In this document: one piece after another, positions 1 to 8,522 of the stretch | Layout: each line of letters starts with the position of its first letter | Numbering within the stretch: the stretch's first letter is position 1 | NCBI RefSeq assembly: GCF_900079115.1 | Contig: NZ_LT549890.1 | Span: 2,640,001-2,672,000 of the forward strand | Source of the DNA: Saccharolobus solfataricus | Lineage (GTDB): Archaea; Thermoproteota; Thermoprotei_A; Sulfolobales; Sulfolobaceae | Length of the DNA stretch: 32,000 nucleotides | Direction: 5' to 3' | Made by a program: the position numbers and the translations under genes | The notes under the pieces: generated by a model | Told to the model about the DNA's origin: nothing | What the model saw: the letters and a program-made list of their open reading frames with translations, nothing else | Database searches by the model: none

Positions 1-107
1 ACCTGGTTAGTTTGGTTGTCCTCGGATGTTCTACTTTATAGAAATTCAGCTCCGCATTTTATTAGTGGTATCAGATAACTTATAACAAGAAAAATTTCTT
101 TAACTAG

Positions 108-1145
108 TTAGGTTTTCTGGTCCTTAGCTTTCGGTTTTACTAATGGTTTGGCTTTTTCAACTACGATACCTTGAGGTCGTAATATAAGGATTATTGTTAG
201 TACAAGTCCAAATAGCATATACTGTAGCCATACTGCATCGAAATGCAGATAATATCCTATTGTCTGCTTATACAAATCGATAACGTGATATAAGGTGGAA
301 TATATCAGGGCACCTAGCAATGCACCTATTGAAGTCCCTGCGCCTCCCAATATTAGCATTAAATACGGGTTAAATGACCACGTTAAATTATCGAATGCAC
401 CTGCAAATACTGAACCTATGTAAAAAGCGTAAAGTGATCCTGCTACACCGGCAAGAAATCCTCCCAACGCCATTGCCTTACCTCTGATTACACCTATATC
501 TCTACCTAAAACTTCTACTAAATCCTCATTTTCTCTAACAGCTCTAAATGCTCTTCCCATTGGAGAGTTTGATATTAAATTGAATAGAAGTAGCATAATT
601 AGTGAGAATACTAGCAACAATATTGATATCTTGTAATATAAACTAGCTCCTTGACCTAGAAGTGCATTAAAAACAGCGGGAACTTGAACGCCTACTGTAC
701 CTCCTACTATTGGTGGATAAGTAATCCCTACTACTACTAGTGAAGTCCCAGCTACTAATAGTAATATTCCCAGATAATCTTCTCTTAATCTTAAGGCTGG
801 ATAGGAGGAAATATAACCTAAGGTTGCTCCGACTATCCCAGCTAGAGCTAAGGTAAGAATTAAAATGGCGAGAGCCATTAATGGTTGTTCAAGCAATTTA
901 TCGTTTATTTCTGCTATTATAGAGGGATTATTAAGAATATAATCACCGTGAAGTCCATATATTATTTGCAAAATCCTCCCAGGTACTGCTCCAGCTATGA
1001 AGGCTCCTCCAGCATATGCTAGGACTCTACCGAAATTTGGAACTCCAGTTAATCCTATTTCTACATTTAACGATATTACTACCATTAAATATACTGAAAA
1101 GTCTAGGAGTATGGCTAAAATGAGGGAGGAAATATCTACTACCAT
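108..1145 (-). CDS. livM: Branched-chain amino acid ABC transporter permease (LivM type)
   Basis: 345-aa polytopic membrane ORF. It is the last gene of the minus-strand ABC operon, and its start shares nt 1145 with the stop of the upstream permease. Size and hydrophobic layout are typical of LivM/BraE. Confidence 0.8.
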   Translation of the reverse strand: MVVDISSLILAILLDFSVYLMVVISLNVEIGLTGVPNFGRVLAYAGGAFIAGAVPGRILQIIYGLHGDYILNNPSIIAEINDKLLEQPLMALAILILTLALAGIVGATLGYISSYPALRLREDYLGILLLVAGTSLVVVGITYPPIVGGTVGVQVPAVFNALLGQGASLYYKISILLLVFSLIMLLLFNLISNSPMGRAFRAVRENEDLVEVLGRDIGVIRGKAMALGGFLAGVAGSLYAFYIGSVFAGAFDNLTWSFNPYLMLILGGAGTSIGALLGALIYSTLYHVIDLYKQTIGYYLHFDAVWLQYMLFGLVLTIILILRPQGIVVEKAKPLVKPKAKDQKT

Positions 1146-2062
1146 TATTTCACCCTCACTCCCATAATTCCGTTTGGAGCTATCAGGAGAACTGCTGCTA
1201 CTACTATAAGAGGAACCAGTGTTGAATACTGGTTAATAACGAAAGGACTCACTCCTATTAGTGGAGACAGATAGATTGATAATTCAGTCATGATGTATTT
1301 TTCTATGAATCCCTCAATGAATCCACCAATGAATCCACCGAATAGGCTCATTAGACCTCCTAGTACACTTGCTGCGAATATACTTAGTAATATCGAGTAC
1401 GCTAATGTAGGTGAAAATACAAATTGTAGAGGATATAAGGAGCCGGCAGTACTTGCTATACCTCCAGCTAAAAACCAAGAAATCGCCTTAACTAGTTTCG
1501 TGTTTATACCCATGCTTTCAGCTAGTGACGAGTTCTCAACTGTAGCCCTAATGGATATTCCTAATCTAGTCTTATTCAAGAAGATATAAAGTGAGAGTAT
1601 GAATGCTATTGCTAAGATGATGGAAATTAGGAAAACAGCTCTAATCCCTCCTATTTCGTAATCTAAGAATCCTAGCGTTACATCTCTAGATTGCACATTA
1701 TACACATAGCCAAGATAACTTGCATATGCGTTTAATCCTCCATACAGTAAAATGGAAAAGGCTAGAGTAGCAACCATTTGTGATACTAAACCGCCACCTC
1801 TCATACTTAACGGCAGTAACACACCATAGTATTGGAGTAATGCAATTGCCCCACCTAATAAGAATGCGATAGGTAGCGAAATGTACGGATTCTGTTTTAA
1901 GACTTCGGCTATGGTAAAGGTCATATAGGAACCAAACAACAGAAAGATACCGTGAGCGAAATTAGGTACTTTAGTTGTTAAGTAAGTTAAAGTTAGGGAG
2001 AGACTTGATAAACCAAGAATCGAACCGTAAACTATTGTATTTATAATCAGAGGATCTATCAT
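1145..2062 (-). CDS. livH: Branched-chain amino acid ABC transporter permease (LivH type)
   Basis: 305-aa polytopic membrane ORF lying between the ATPases and the LivM-type permease. It has a Gly-rich C-terminal GGFIGGFIEGFIE segment as in LivH/BraD. Confidence 0.8.
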   Translation of the reverse strand: MIDPLIINTIVYGSILGLSSLSLTLTYLTTKVPNFAHGIFLLFGSYMTFTIAEVLKQNPYISLPIAFLLGGAIALLQYYGVLLPLSMRGGGLVSQMVATLAFSILLYGGLNAYASYLGYVYNVQSRDVTLGFLDYEIGGIRAVFLISIILAIAFILSLYIFLNKTRLGISIRATVENSSLAESMGINTKLVKAISWFLAGGIASTAGSLYPLQFVFSPTLAYSILLSIFAASVLGGLMSLFGGFIGGFIEGFIEKYIMTELSIYLSPLIGVSPFVINQYSTLVPLIVVAAVLLIAPNGIMGVRVK

Positions 2063-2068
2063 TTTGAC

Positions 2069-2779
2069 TTACACCCCTAAACCTAAGAAGATTTTTCCTA
2101 AGTCAGGATTTGATAAAAGTTCTACTGGTTTACCTTTAAAGAGAACCCTTCCACTTGTGAACAAATACGCGTTATCAGCTATCTCTAGAGCTTTCTTCGC
2201 ATTTTGTTCCACCAATATTATTCCCACCTCAGTTAAATCCCTTATCTCAACAATCTTTTTAAAGACCTCATTAGCTATTTTAGGAGCTAACTGAGCTGTA
2301 GGTTCGTCAAGAAGTAATATCTTAGGTTTTCTTAATAATGCTAGCGATATGGCTACCATCTGTCTCTGCCCCCCACTTAACTGATATACTTTTCTCTTTA
2401 AGATGTCTCTAATCTGACTAAATAACGTAAATATAATTTCCATCCTCTCGTTATATTCATTTTCACTTAGATTATACGAGGATAGTTTGAAATTCTCTTC
2501 GACAGTTAATGATCTAAACACATTATCAATTTGAGCAACGTAAACTAATCCTTTTCTAGATCTCTTATAGGGAGGAAATCTAGTTATATCATCTCCCTCA
2601 AATATTATTTTCCCAGATATTACGTTAGTTAAACCTACTAGGGTCTTAAGGAATGTGGACTTCCCACTTCCATTAGGTCCTACAATAGTTATGATTTGCT
2701 TCTTACTTGCAATAAAATCCACATCGAATAGGATCTGTAATTTGCCATAACCCGCATTAAGTTTAACCGTCTCTAACAT
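2069..2779 (-). CDS. livF: Branched-chain amino acid ABC transporter ATP-binding protein (LivF type)
   Basis: 236 aa. Walker A GPNGSGKST, ABC signature LSGGQRQ, Walker B LLLDEP. N-terminal L..GYG...L and LTVEENF motifs are typical of LivF. Confidence 0.85.
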   Translation of the reverse strand: MLETVKLNAGYGKLQILFDVDFIASKKQIITIVGPNGSGKSTFLKTLVGLTNVISGKIIFEGDDITRFPPYKRSRKGLVYVAQIDNVFRSLTVEENFKLSSYNLSENEYNERMEIIFTLFSQIRDILKRKVYQLSGGQRQMVAISLALLRKPKILLLDEPTAQLAPKIANEVFKKIVEIRDLTEVGIILVEQNAKKALEIADNAYLFTSGRVLFKGKPVELLSNPDLGKIFLGLGV

Positions 2780-2785
2780 CTGCCA

Positions 2786-3532
2786 TCACCCTAGATACGC
2801 ATCTACTACGGTGGGGTTATTAAGCACATCATTTACTGAACCTTTAGCTATTACCTTTCCCATGAACATTGCATACACGTAATCAGCATAATTAGCAACT
2901 ATATCTAATCTATGTTCCACAACAAAGATCCCTATGTCCCTCTTGAGATCTGTAAGGATATTCAATATTTCTTTTGCTAATTGCGGATTGACTCCAGCCA
3001 ATGGTTCATCCATAACCAAAAGCCTAGGTCTAGTCATTAGTGATCTCGCAATTTCCAGTAACTTTAATTGTCCTCCACTTAATTCTCTTGCCGGTCTATC
3101 CCACAACCTATCCAACTTCACTATTTTTAAAATATTATATGCCTTTTCTGCTAACTCTTCTTCCTCCCTAAGCCAAATGGGCTTAAACAACGATCTAAGT
3201 ATTGATTCACCCTTAATTGGCGATATGCCTAAAATTACGTTATCCAATACTGATAAATTAGGAAAAATCTGTGGGTTTTGAAAAGTTCTAACTATTCCTA
3301 GTTTATACAACTCGTGGGGTTTCTTTCCAGTTATGTTTCTATCTTCAAGAAAAATACTTCCAGAGTCTGGTTTATAAATGCCAGTTACAACGTTGATTAA
3401 AGTCGACTTCCCGCTTCCATTAGGTCCTATAAGTAAAGTGAATTTGGAATTCTCAATCTCTAATGTTACACTATCTAATGCCTTAATACCACCGAAATAC
3501 TTAGAAACGGAATCCAATTTAAGAAGAGACAA
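2786..3532 (-). CDS. livG: Branched-chain amino acid ABC transporter ATP-binding protein (LivG type)
   Basis: 248 aa. Walker A GPNGSGKST, signature LSGGQLK, Walker B LVMDEP. KYFGGIKALD and GIVRTFQNPQIF motifs are typical of LivG. Confidence 0.85.
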   Translation of the reverse strand: MSLLKLDSVSKYFGGIKALDSVTLEIENSKFTLLIGPNGSGKSTLINVVTGIYKPDSGSIFLEDRNITGKKPHELYKLGIVRTFQNPQIFPNLSVLDNVILGISPIKGESILRSLFKPIWLREEEELAEKAYNILKIVKLDRLWDRPARELSGGQLKLLEIARSLMTRPRLLVMDEPLAGVNPQLAKEILNILTDLKRDIGIFVVEHRLDIVANYADYVYAMFMGKVIAKGSVNDVLNNPTVVDAYLG

Positions 3533-3552
3533 AAAACAACACCCCTTTAATA

Positions 3553-4646
3553 TTAACTTATACTACTTAACTTAGACATAGCTTGGGGATCATCTGGATA
3601 AAGATAGCCTTGTGGGGGTTGAGCAGCTGGAGGGAATCCTATGGTTAATGTATGCGTGGTAACATCATAGACACCATAGATAGTCCATTCGTAACCGGAG
3701 GCTGTCTTATTTACTATCTGCAATTGATAAATACCAGAAACTCTATCACCATATTTGTCAAACAAGTGATATCCTGATGCACCATAGAACTTAGCAGCTA
3801 CTTTTGGTAAAATTGATTTAATAGCAGTTACATTATCACTTCCCACTTTTAATACACTGTAAAAGTATATCCAGAATATGTCATATGTTATATAGGAATA
3901 AGCTTGAAGGGTTTTATTGAAGTGTTGGGTTAATTGATCATAGAATACTGTATGGGCAGGTGCTGCAATAGGATTTAGGAATAGTGTTTCAACTGCAACT
4001 TGTGCAGCTACTGGATTCTGTACTATTGATCCAACACCAGCAGTACCATCTGAACCGTACCATTTAACCTCCGTTAATTGGGGATATTGACTGGCCAATT
4101 GAAGTATACTAGCTCCTTCCTCAAAAGAAACGTCATAAACAGCTACGTGATCTTTACCATACTGGTTAATTAACTGACTAATAGTATTTGCTAGAGTACT
4201 TACATAGCTGGAAAAATCTGTGGTAGAAGGATCATATCTAGCCACAAGCATTACCTTTCCACCTAACGCAGTAAATGTCTTATTTACTACGCTTACTAAT
4301 CCATCACCATAAGTATCTCCTCTCCATATTACTGCTATTGCCCTAATACCTTGCTGATACATTATGTTTGCTATTACAGCCCCTTGATAGGTATCATTAG
4401 GCACATCTCTAAATATAGTTCCGTTAATCCTATCGGGTGTTGCTAACGCAGGAGAAGTTGATGATGGGGAGAAGAGCATTATGCCATTACTTTCAGCATA
4501 AGACATTATTTGCCTCAATTCACCACTTGAAAATGGCCCAATTACTAGCTTAACTCCTTGGGAGTATAAAGTCTGCAAATCGGAAAGAGCAGTCTGTGGA
4601 TTAGTTGCTGTATCCTCTATTACTACTTGCACTTGCATATTTACAC
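3553..4646 (-). pseudogene. Liv-type (LivK/BraC-like) substrate-binding protein, C-terminal ~364 codons, cut off by IS insertion
   Basis: Periplasmic-binding-protein type I style sequence (VKLVIGPFSSGE...). The reading frame runs to the IS boundary at 4646/4647. It joins in frame to the N-terminal stub at 6086-6407 once the IS and one TSD copy are removed (...LLKQLGVN|MQVQVVIEDTATNP...). Confidence 0.85.
4638..4646. repeat. 9-bp target-site duplication TATTTACAC (left copy) of ISC1439
   Basis: Identical 9-mer directly abuts both IS termini (4638-4646 and 6086-6094). Confidence 0.9.
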
Positions 4647-4666
4647 CAGTGGTGTTTCACCAAATT
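4647..4666. repeat. Terminal inverted repeat of ISC1439 (transposase 3' side)
   Basis: CAGTGGTGTTTCACCAAATT. Matches 19/20 to the reverse complement of 6066-6085. Confidence 0.9.
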
Positions 4667-4865
4667 ATTTCATTTGAAAGATATAATATTAGCACTTTCA
4701 AAAAGAGATTGATATAGAGAAAAACAATAAAATTATTATGAAACATAACATGTTAAAATAATTTGCAAAAAATATAGCGTACAATTCTAATAATAAGAGG
4801 AGAATTCTGAATTTTTCTCACGTGGTGAAAACGACGTGCATAGTCTCCTCTGAACACCGAGAAAG

Positions 4866-5831
4866 TTAGAGAAGCTTGACGAATGAATCGAAGGACAAAA
4901 CCTTCTTACACGTGGACTTGAAGTTAAAGAGAAGATGATTCACTAGATTCCACGCAGAATCCAGAACCGTATAATAGAGGAACAAGAAGATCTTATTACT
5001 CAACTTCCTAACATACCTTATCCTTGCCTTCCTAACCTTAAAACCCTCCTCAACCTGCCACCTCAACCTATAGAGTTCAGCCAGTTCATAGGGATCTCCC
5101 TCGAAGTTCGTTACGAACATGAAGTGCCTCGGCTTTCCCTTAACGTAAACCACATCGTAATAATAAAGCCCTTCAAATTCCAAGACCCTATACGCAACGT
5201 AAACCTTGTCCTTAACCTCGTATCTCTTCTCAACTAATGGAACGTTAGATAGTTCCTTGAATCCCTTCAAGTTCGACTTTCCTCTCACAATGGTCTTCAC
5301 GGGCATTTCCTTGATGACCCCTAGGTTCAAGAATCCGGCGTCAGCTACAACGTAATCTATTTCCATGTATTGGCTTACTTCCCTCACGCTCCTGAGTAGG
5401 AACTGTGATGGACTGTCGCTTCTCAAATCTGCTACCTCCACTAGGAGGGGTAACCTTAAGGGATATACGAGGTCCAAGGATCTCATCTTTATTCCTTTTC
5501 TCTTCCAGTTGTAGAGTAGAAAGCCCTCTGCTTTTTCTTGTTCCTTTTCTCCCACGGTTAATCCGGTCTCATCTACAGCGACTACGTTGGTCTCTCCCTT
5601 TACTTCTCTGTAGATTGGGTAGAACTTGAAGGTTCTCTGACCTTTACTAATTACTTTCTCGCCTTGTCTTACTACCTTCAAGTAGTATTTTCCTCTGTTT
5701 CCGGTTAGCAAGGATGGCGCTGCTTTCACTATTTCCGGGTCTAGATCTTGAGAGATAACGTTAATATTGATTGTTGCTAAATTTATAGCGAGGGACTTCA
5801 GCTCCGTTTTGGATACTTGTATGGTTTGCAT
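4866..5831 (-). CDS. ISC1439 DDE transposase
   Basis: 321-aa ORF inside the IS. Candidate catalytic residues lie in VAVDETG, YVVADAGF and YRLRWQVEEGFKVRK. The last fits the IS4-family Y-x2-R-x3-E-x6-K signature. Confidence 0.9.
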   Translation of the reverse strand: MQTIQVSKTELKSLAINLATININVISQDLDPEIVKAAPSLLTGNRGKYYLKVVRQGEKVISKGQRTFKFYPIYREVKGETNVVAVDETGLTVGEKEQEKAEGFLLYNWKRKGIKMRSLDLVYPLRLPLLVEVADLRSDSPSQFLLRSVREVSQYMEIDYVVADAGFLNLGVIKEMPVKTIVRGKSNLKGFKELSNVPLVEKRYEVKDKVYVAYRVLEFEGLYYYDVVYVKGKPRHFMFVTNFEGDPYELAELYRLRWQVEEGFKVRKARIRYVRKLSNKIFLFLYYTVLDSAWNLVNHLLFNFKSTCKKVLSFDSFVKLL

Positions 5832-6065
5832 AACGGAGTTATGGAGTCCCTCGCTTTAACCTTTTCTTGTTCATCTCGTCCTTCCACCTACTTTCCTCTA
5901 TTGATAATACTAGACAAATGGTATTACTCTTTATATATAAACTCGTTTTCTGTTAGTTTCTTCAACAAATATGAAAATTTTTTGCTTCTTGTGTTGAAAT
6001 AAGCCGATTTTTCTAACTCCGCTCTGATATTTTTCTCTTCCATAGAAATTGTATCATTTTGAGTA

Positions 6066-6085
6066 AAATTGGTGAAACACCACTG
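6066..6085. repeat. Terminal inverted repeat of ISC1439 (transposase 5' side)
   Basis: AAAATTGGTGAAACACCACTG region. Its reverse complement is CAGTGGTGTTTCACCAATTT. Confidence 0.9.
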
Positions 6086-6094
6086 TATTTACAC
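6086..6094. repeat. 9-bp target-site duplication TATTTACAC (right copy) of ISC1439
   Basis: Identical to 4638-4646. Confidence 0.9.
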
Positions 6095-6407
6095 CTAATT
6101 GTTTAAGTAGAGCGTTAGCTTGATCTTGAGCGTACATCAAAACTTGTTGCGCTTCAGCTCCAACAGAAGACAACTGTCCAGTAAGTGGCAATAGAGCCCC
6201 AATCTTAATAACTTGTTGTGTGGTAGTTTGAGATTGAGAAGTGGAGATTACAGAGGATTGGCTAGTCATAGAAGAGCTTGATGTAGGAGCATGGCTTCCC
6301 ATCTGTTGGAAATATGCTACTACTCCTACTACTATTAATATTATTACTACTACCGCTATTATTATTGCAGTAGATGTTGATATTGCTCTTTTATATTTGC
6401 CTTCCAT
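6086..6407 (-). pseudogene. Liv-type substrate-binding protein, N-terminal stub (signal/anchor + Ser/Thr linker + first ~40 residues of the binding domain)
   Basis: MEGKYKRAISTSTAIIIAVVVIILIVVG anchor, SSSSMTSQSSVISTSQSQTTTQ linker, then VIKIGALLPLTGQLSSVGAEAQQ typical of the LivK N-terminus. The tracked ORF (6054-6407) continues 9 codons into the IS (VVFHQFYSK*). Confidence 0.85.
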
Positions 6408-6433
6408 ACTATTTAAAGGTAGCGTTAGAACGG

Positions 6434-6441
6434 TATAAAAA
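6434..6441 (-). promoter_or_regulatory. Candidate TATA box for the binding-protein/liv operon
   Basis: Minus-strand TTTTTATA with a 26-nt spacer to the ATG at 6407. This geometry fits a leaderless transcript. Confidence 0.45.
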
Positions 6442-6663
6442 TTTTACTATATTAACTATCTAACTATAAACTGATTAATCTAAACCGTATGAAGTATTAA
6501 AACAAAGATATCAAATAGCCTCTAAAGATAAAAATGGCTAGTTTGAGGCGGTAATGTCTGTTTAAACTTAAACTCAAAAGTTTATATCAGAGAACAATTG
6601 TATTAAACAAATTTGAATTAGATATGCTAACTTAAATAATAAAAAAAGAGAAAAGGAATTATA

Positions 6664-8328
6664 TTACTTCAAGAGATAGTATTTATTGTCTATGCTGGCT
6701 ATTGCAAGGGGTAACGCTAAGAATGGGAGTAAGAAGAGCATTACGCTATTACTTGTCTTTTGTGTATTATTGGTTAGTCCATATGCTGATGGATTTGTAA
6801 CCCATGGTGGGTAGTATCCAGCAAAAGGATGGCCGGGGAATCCTAAGTATCCTAATCCTAATTTAGCTGCGGCTAACCATTCATTTTGTTCTTGTTGCAT
6901 TGAAGATACTAACGTAGAGTTCCAAGCAGATAATCCAACCTTGCCAACTTGCTGTAAAGTTAGTAATCCTGAATCTATTTGAGCGAAAACGTCATCAAAC
7001 ACTCCACCATCTGATAGTTGATAAACGAAGTTTTGCTCTGACGTATTTATTAATTGCTGATAATCATACCATTGTGCTGGTTGAGCATACCAATCCGTAC
7101 CATTTTTATAATAGGTTACTGCCTTGTATTTTGTCCAGACTTCCTGCCCTTGGTATGAAGACCAGAAATGGGCTAGTTGTAAAGCTTGTTGTTCTTGAGG
7201 ACCTACTGGTATACCAATTGTATCTATCACTAAAGCATAGTAGTGCTGTGTGCCTGGGAATGGAGTTTCCACTACAGAAACACTTGAGTTGCTTATGTAT
7301 TGAGGTAACGGAGGATAAACTGTAACGTTTATATAACTTGCGTAATTAGTTACCCAGTTCCCATTGGCTTGAAATGCGACTTTACCTTGAGCTATTAGTG
7401 CAAATGCTTGTTCCCATGACATAGATTGCCAACCAGGGTAGTTATAGCTTGTGAAGTTCAAGAACCAATAGTTGGTTTCATTTATTAGTTTCTGAACCGT
7501 TGGATTGCTGAAGTTCAGTGTACCATATATTAGTTCATTGTAGAGTTGTGGCCCAGCTAAATATAAGAATATATCCTCCCATACGTTAAATTGATCCCAT
7601 CCACCGTCTCCACCAGGTATAATCCATGGACTCACACCGTGATTAGCTAGTTGTACAGTATCATAAACGAGAGTACTAAAGTTGTAGGGGAATGGTAAAT
7701 TATATTCCCTTAACAATTGAGTGTTGACATAAAGAACTGCTCCCCTATGTACGTTAATTGGTACTGATAATAATGTACCATTATAAGCTCCAGCTTGTAA
7801 TACTGCATAAACCGCGTTATTAAGTAGTCCCCATTGGATTAAATAAGGAGTCATATTGACAAAAGTATGTATACCATTGGGCGCAGCCTCAACATAACTT
7901 ATCATTTCTGGTCCATAGTGTACCTGAAATGCAGCTGGAGGTTTACCAGCTTGTATAAGCGCTAAAATAGCATATTTTGCATTTGTACCTCCAGCTCCTG
8001 GAATAGAATATGTTTGCATTTGTAAGCCCGCATATTGCTTAACTGCAGGGATTATCTGGCTTAGTGCTTCCCCTCCATCACCTCCACCCCACCATGTATA
8101 GAAGACTACTGTATTGCTAGGGGTTGACGTGGTTGTGCTGGGTATTGTAGTAGTTGTAGTAAACGTGCTTGTTACTGTAGTAGTTACAGCAGTTGTAGAG
8201 GGCCCCTTGGTTAAAACGAAACCTGCTACTACTCCTATTATTATCACTATTACGATTACTGCTACTATTACTGCTATTTGGGTAGATGTTAATCCCTTAG
8301 CTAGACTATACGGGTACTTCCTTTTCAT
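6664..8328 (-). CDS. glcS: Glucose-binding protein of the glucose ABC transporter
   Basis: 554 aa. N-terminal KG|LTSTQIAVIV class-III-type signal/anchor followed by a Thr/Ser-rich linker. It is divergent from glcTUV, and I recognise the sequence context as S. solfataricus GlcS. Confidence 0.9.
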   Translation of the reverse strand: MKRKYPYSLAKGLTSTQIAVIVAVIVIVIIIGVVAGFVLTKGPSTTAVTTTVTSTFTTTTTIPSTTTSTPSNTVVFYTWWGGGDGGEALSQIIPAVKQYAGLQMQTYSIPGAGGTNAKYAILALIQAGKPPAAFQVHYGPEMISYVEAAPNGIHTFVNMTPYLIQWGLLNNAVYAVLQAGAYNGTLLSVPINVHRGAVLYVNTQLLREYNLPFPYNFSTLVYDTVQLANHGVSPWIIPGGDGGWDQFNVWEDIFLYLAGPQLYNELIYGTLNFSNPTVQKLINETNYWFLNFTSYNYPGWQSMSWEQAFALIAQGKVAFQANGNWVTNYASYINVTVYPPLPQYISNSSVSVVETPFPGTQHYYALVIDTIGIPVGPQEQQALQLAHFWSSYQGQEVWTKYKAVTYYKNGTDWYAQPAQWYDYQQLINTSEQNFVYQLSDGGVFDDVFAQIDSGLLTLQQVGKVGLSAWNSTLVSSMQQEQNEWLAAAKLGLGYLGFPGHPFAGYYPPWVTNPSAYGLTNNTQKTSNSVMLFLLPFLALPLAIASIDNKYYLLK

Positions 8329-8353
8329 GACAATTTATGGTAACCACTGATGG

Positions 8354-8361
8354 TTTATAAA
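8354..8361 (-). promoter_or_regulatory. Candidate BRE/TATA for glcS
   Basis: Minus strand reads AAAAAAC-TTTATAAA with a 25-nt spacer to the glcS ATG (8326-8328). Confidence 0.5.
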
Positions 8362-8490
8362 GTTTTTTATTGTACTTACTATTAAACTTATATATATTAT
8401 TATATATAGTTACCCCTATTTATAAAGTTTCTCTGCATAGATATTAAGATAATTTTTATATAAACATCATAGATTCTACATGATCATTAA

Positions 8491-8498
8491 TTTATATA
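8491..8498 (+). promoter_or_regulatory. Candidate TATA box for glcTUV
   Basis: TTTATATA, 24 nt upstream of the ATG at 8523. Confidence 0.45.
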
Positions 8499-8522
8499 CC
8501 CTCCTATATATAGTTAATCTTG

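Larger units (their letters stand above)
4647..6085 (-). mobile_element. Insertion sequence ISC1439 (IS4-family-type DDE element), apparently intact
   Basis: 20-bp terminal inverted repeats CAGTGGTGTTTCACCAA(A/T)TT match 19/20 (4647-4666 vs reverse complement of 6066-6085). A 9-bp TSD flanks the element. Length 6085-4647+1 = 1439 bp, the name-giving length of ISC1439. It carries a single transposase ORF and interrupts a host gene cleanly. Confidence 0.9.

Noticed and set aside
1305-1340. Three tandem 12-bp units (ATGAATCCCTCA / ATGAATCCACCA / ATGAATCCACCG).
   Set aside because: This is not a non-coding repeat. On the minus strand it encodes the Gly-rich GGFI-GGFI-EGFI segment of the LivH-type permease, a conserved region of that family.
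1290-3575. Plus-strand ORFs 1290-1589, 2064-2294, 2934-3281 and 3378-3575 inside the liv genes.
   Set aside because: All are antisense shadows of ABC transporter genes with clear Walker and permease motifs on the minus strand.
5924-6043. 39-codon minus-strand ORF (MEEKNIRAELEKSAYF...) in the 5' leader of IS copy 1. It might have been an N-terminal DNA-binding ORF joined to the transposase by frameshifting.
   Set aside because: The frame is broken after 10 codons in copy 2 even though the nucleotide sequence is conserved. No slippery sequence or frame link to the transposase ORF is visible.
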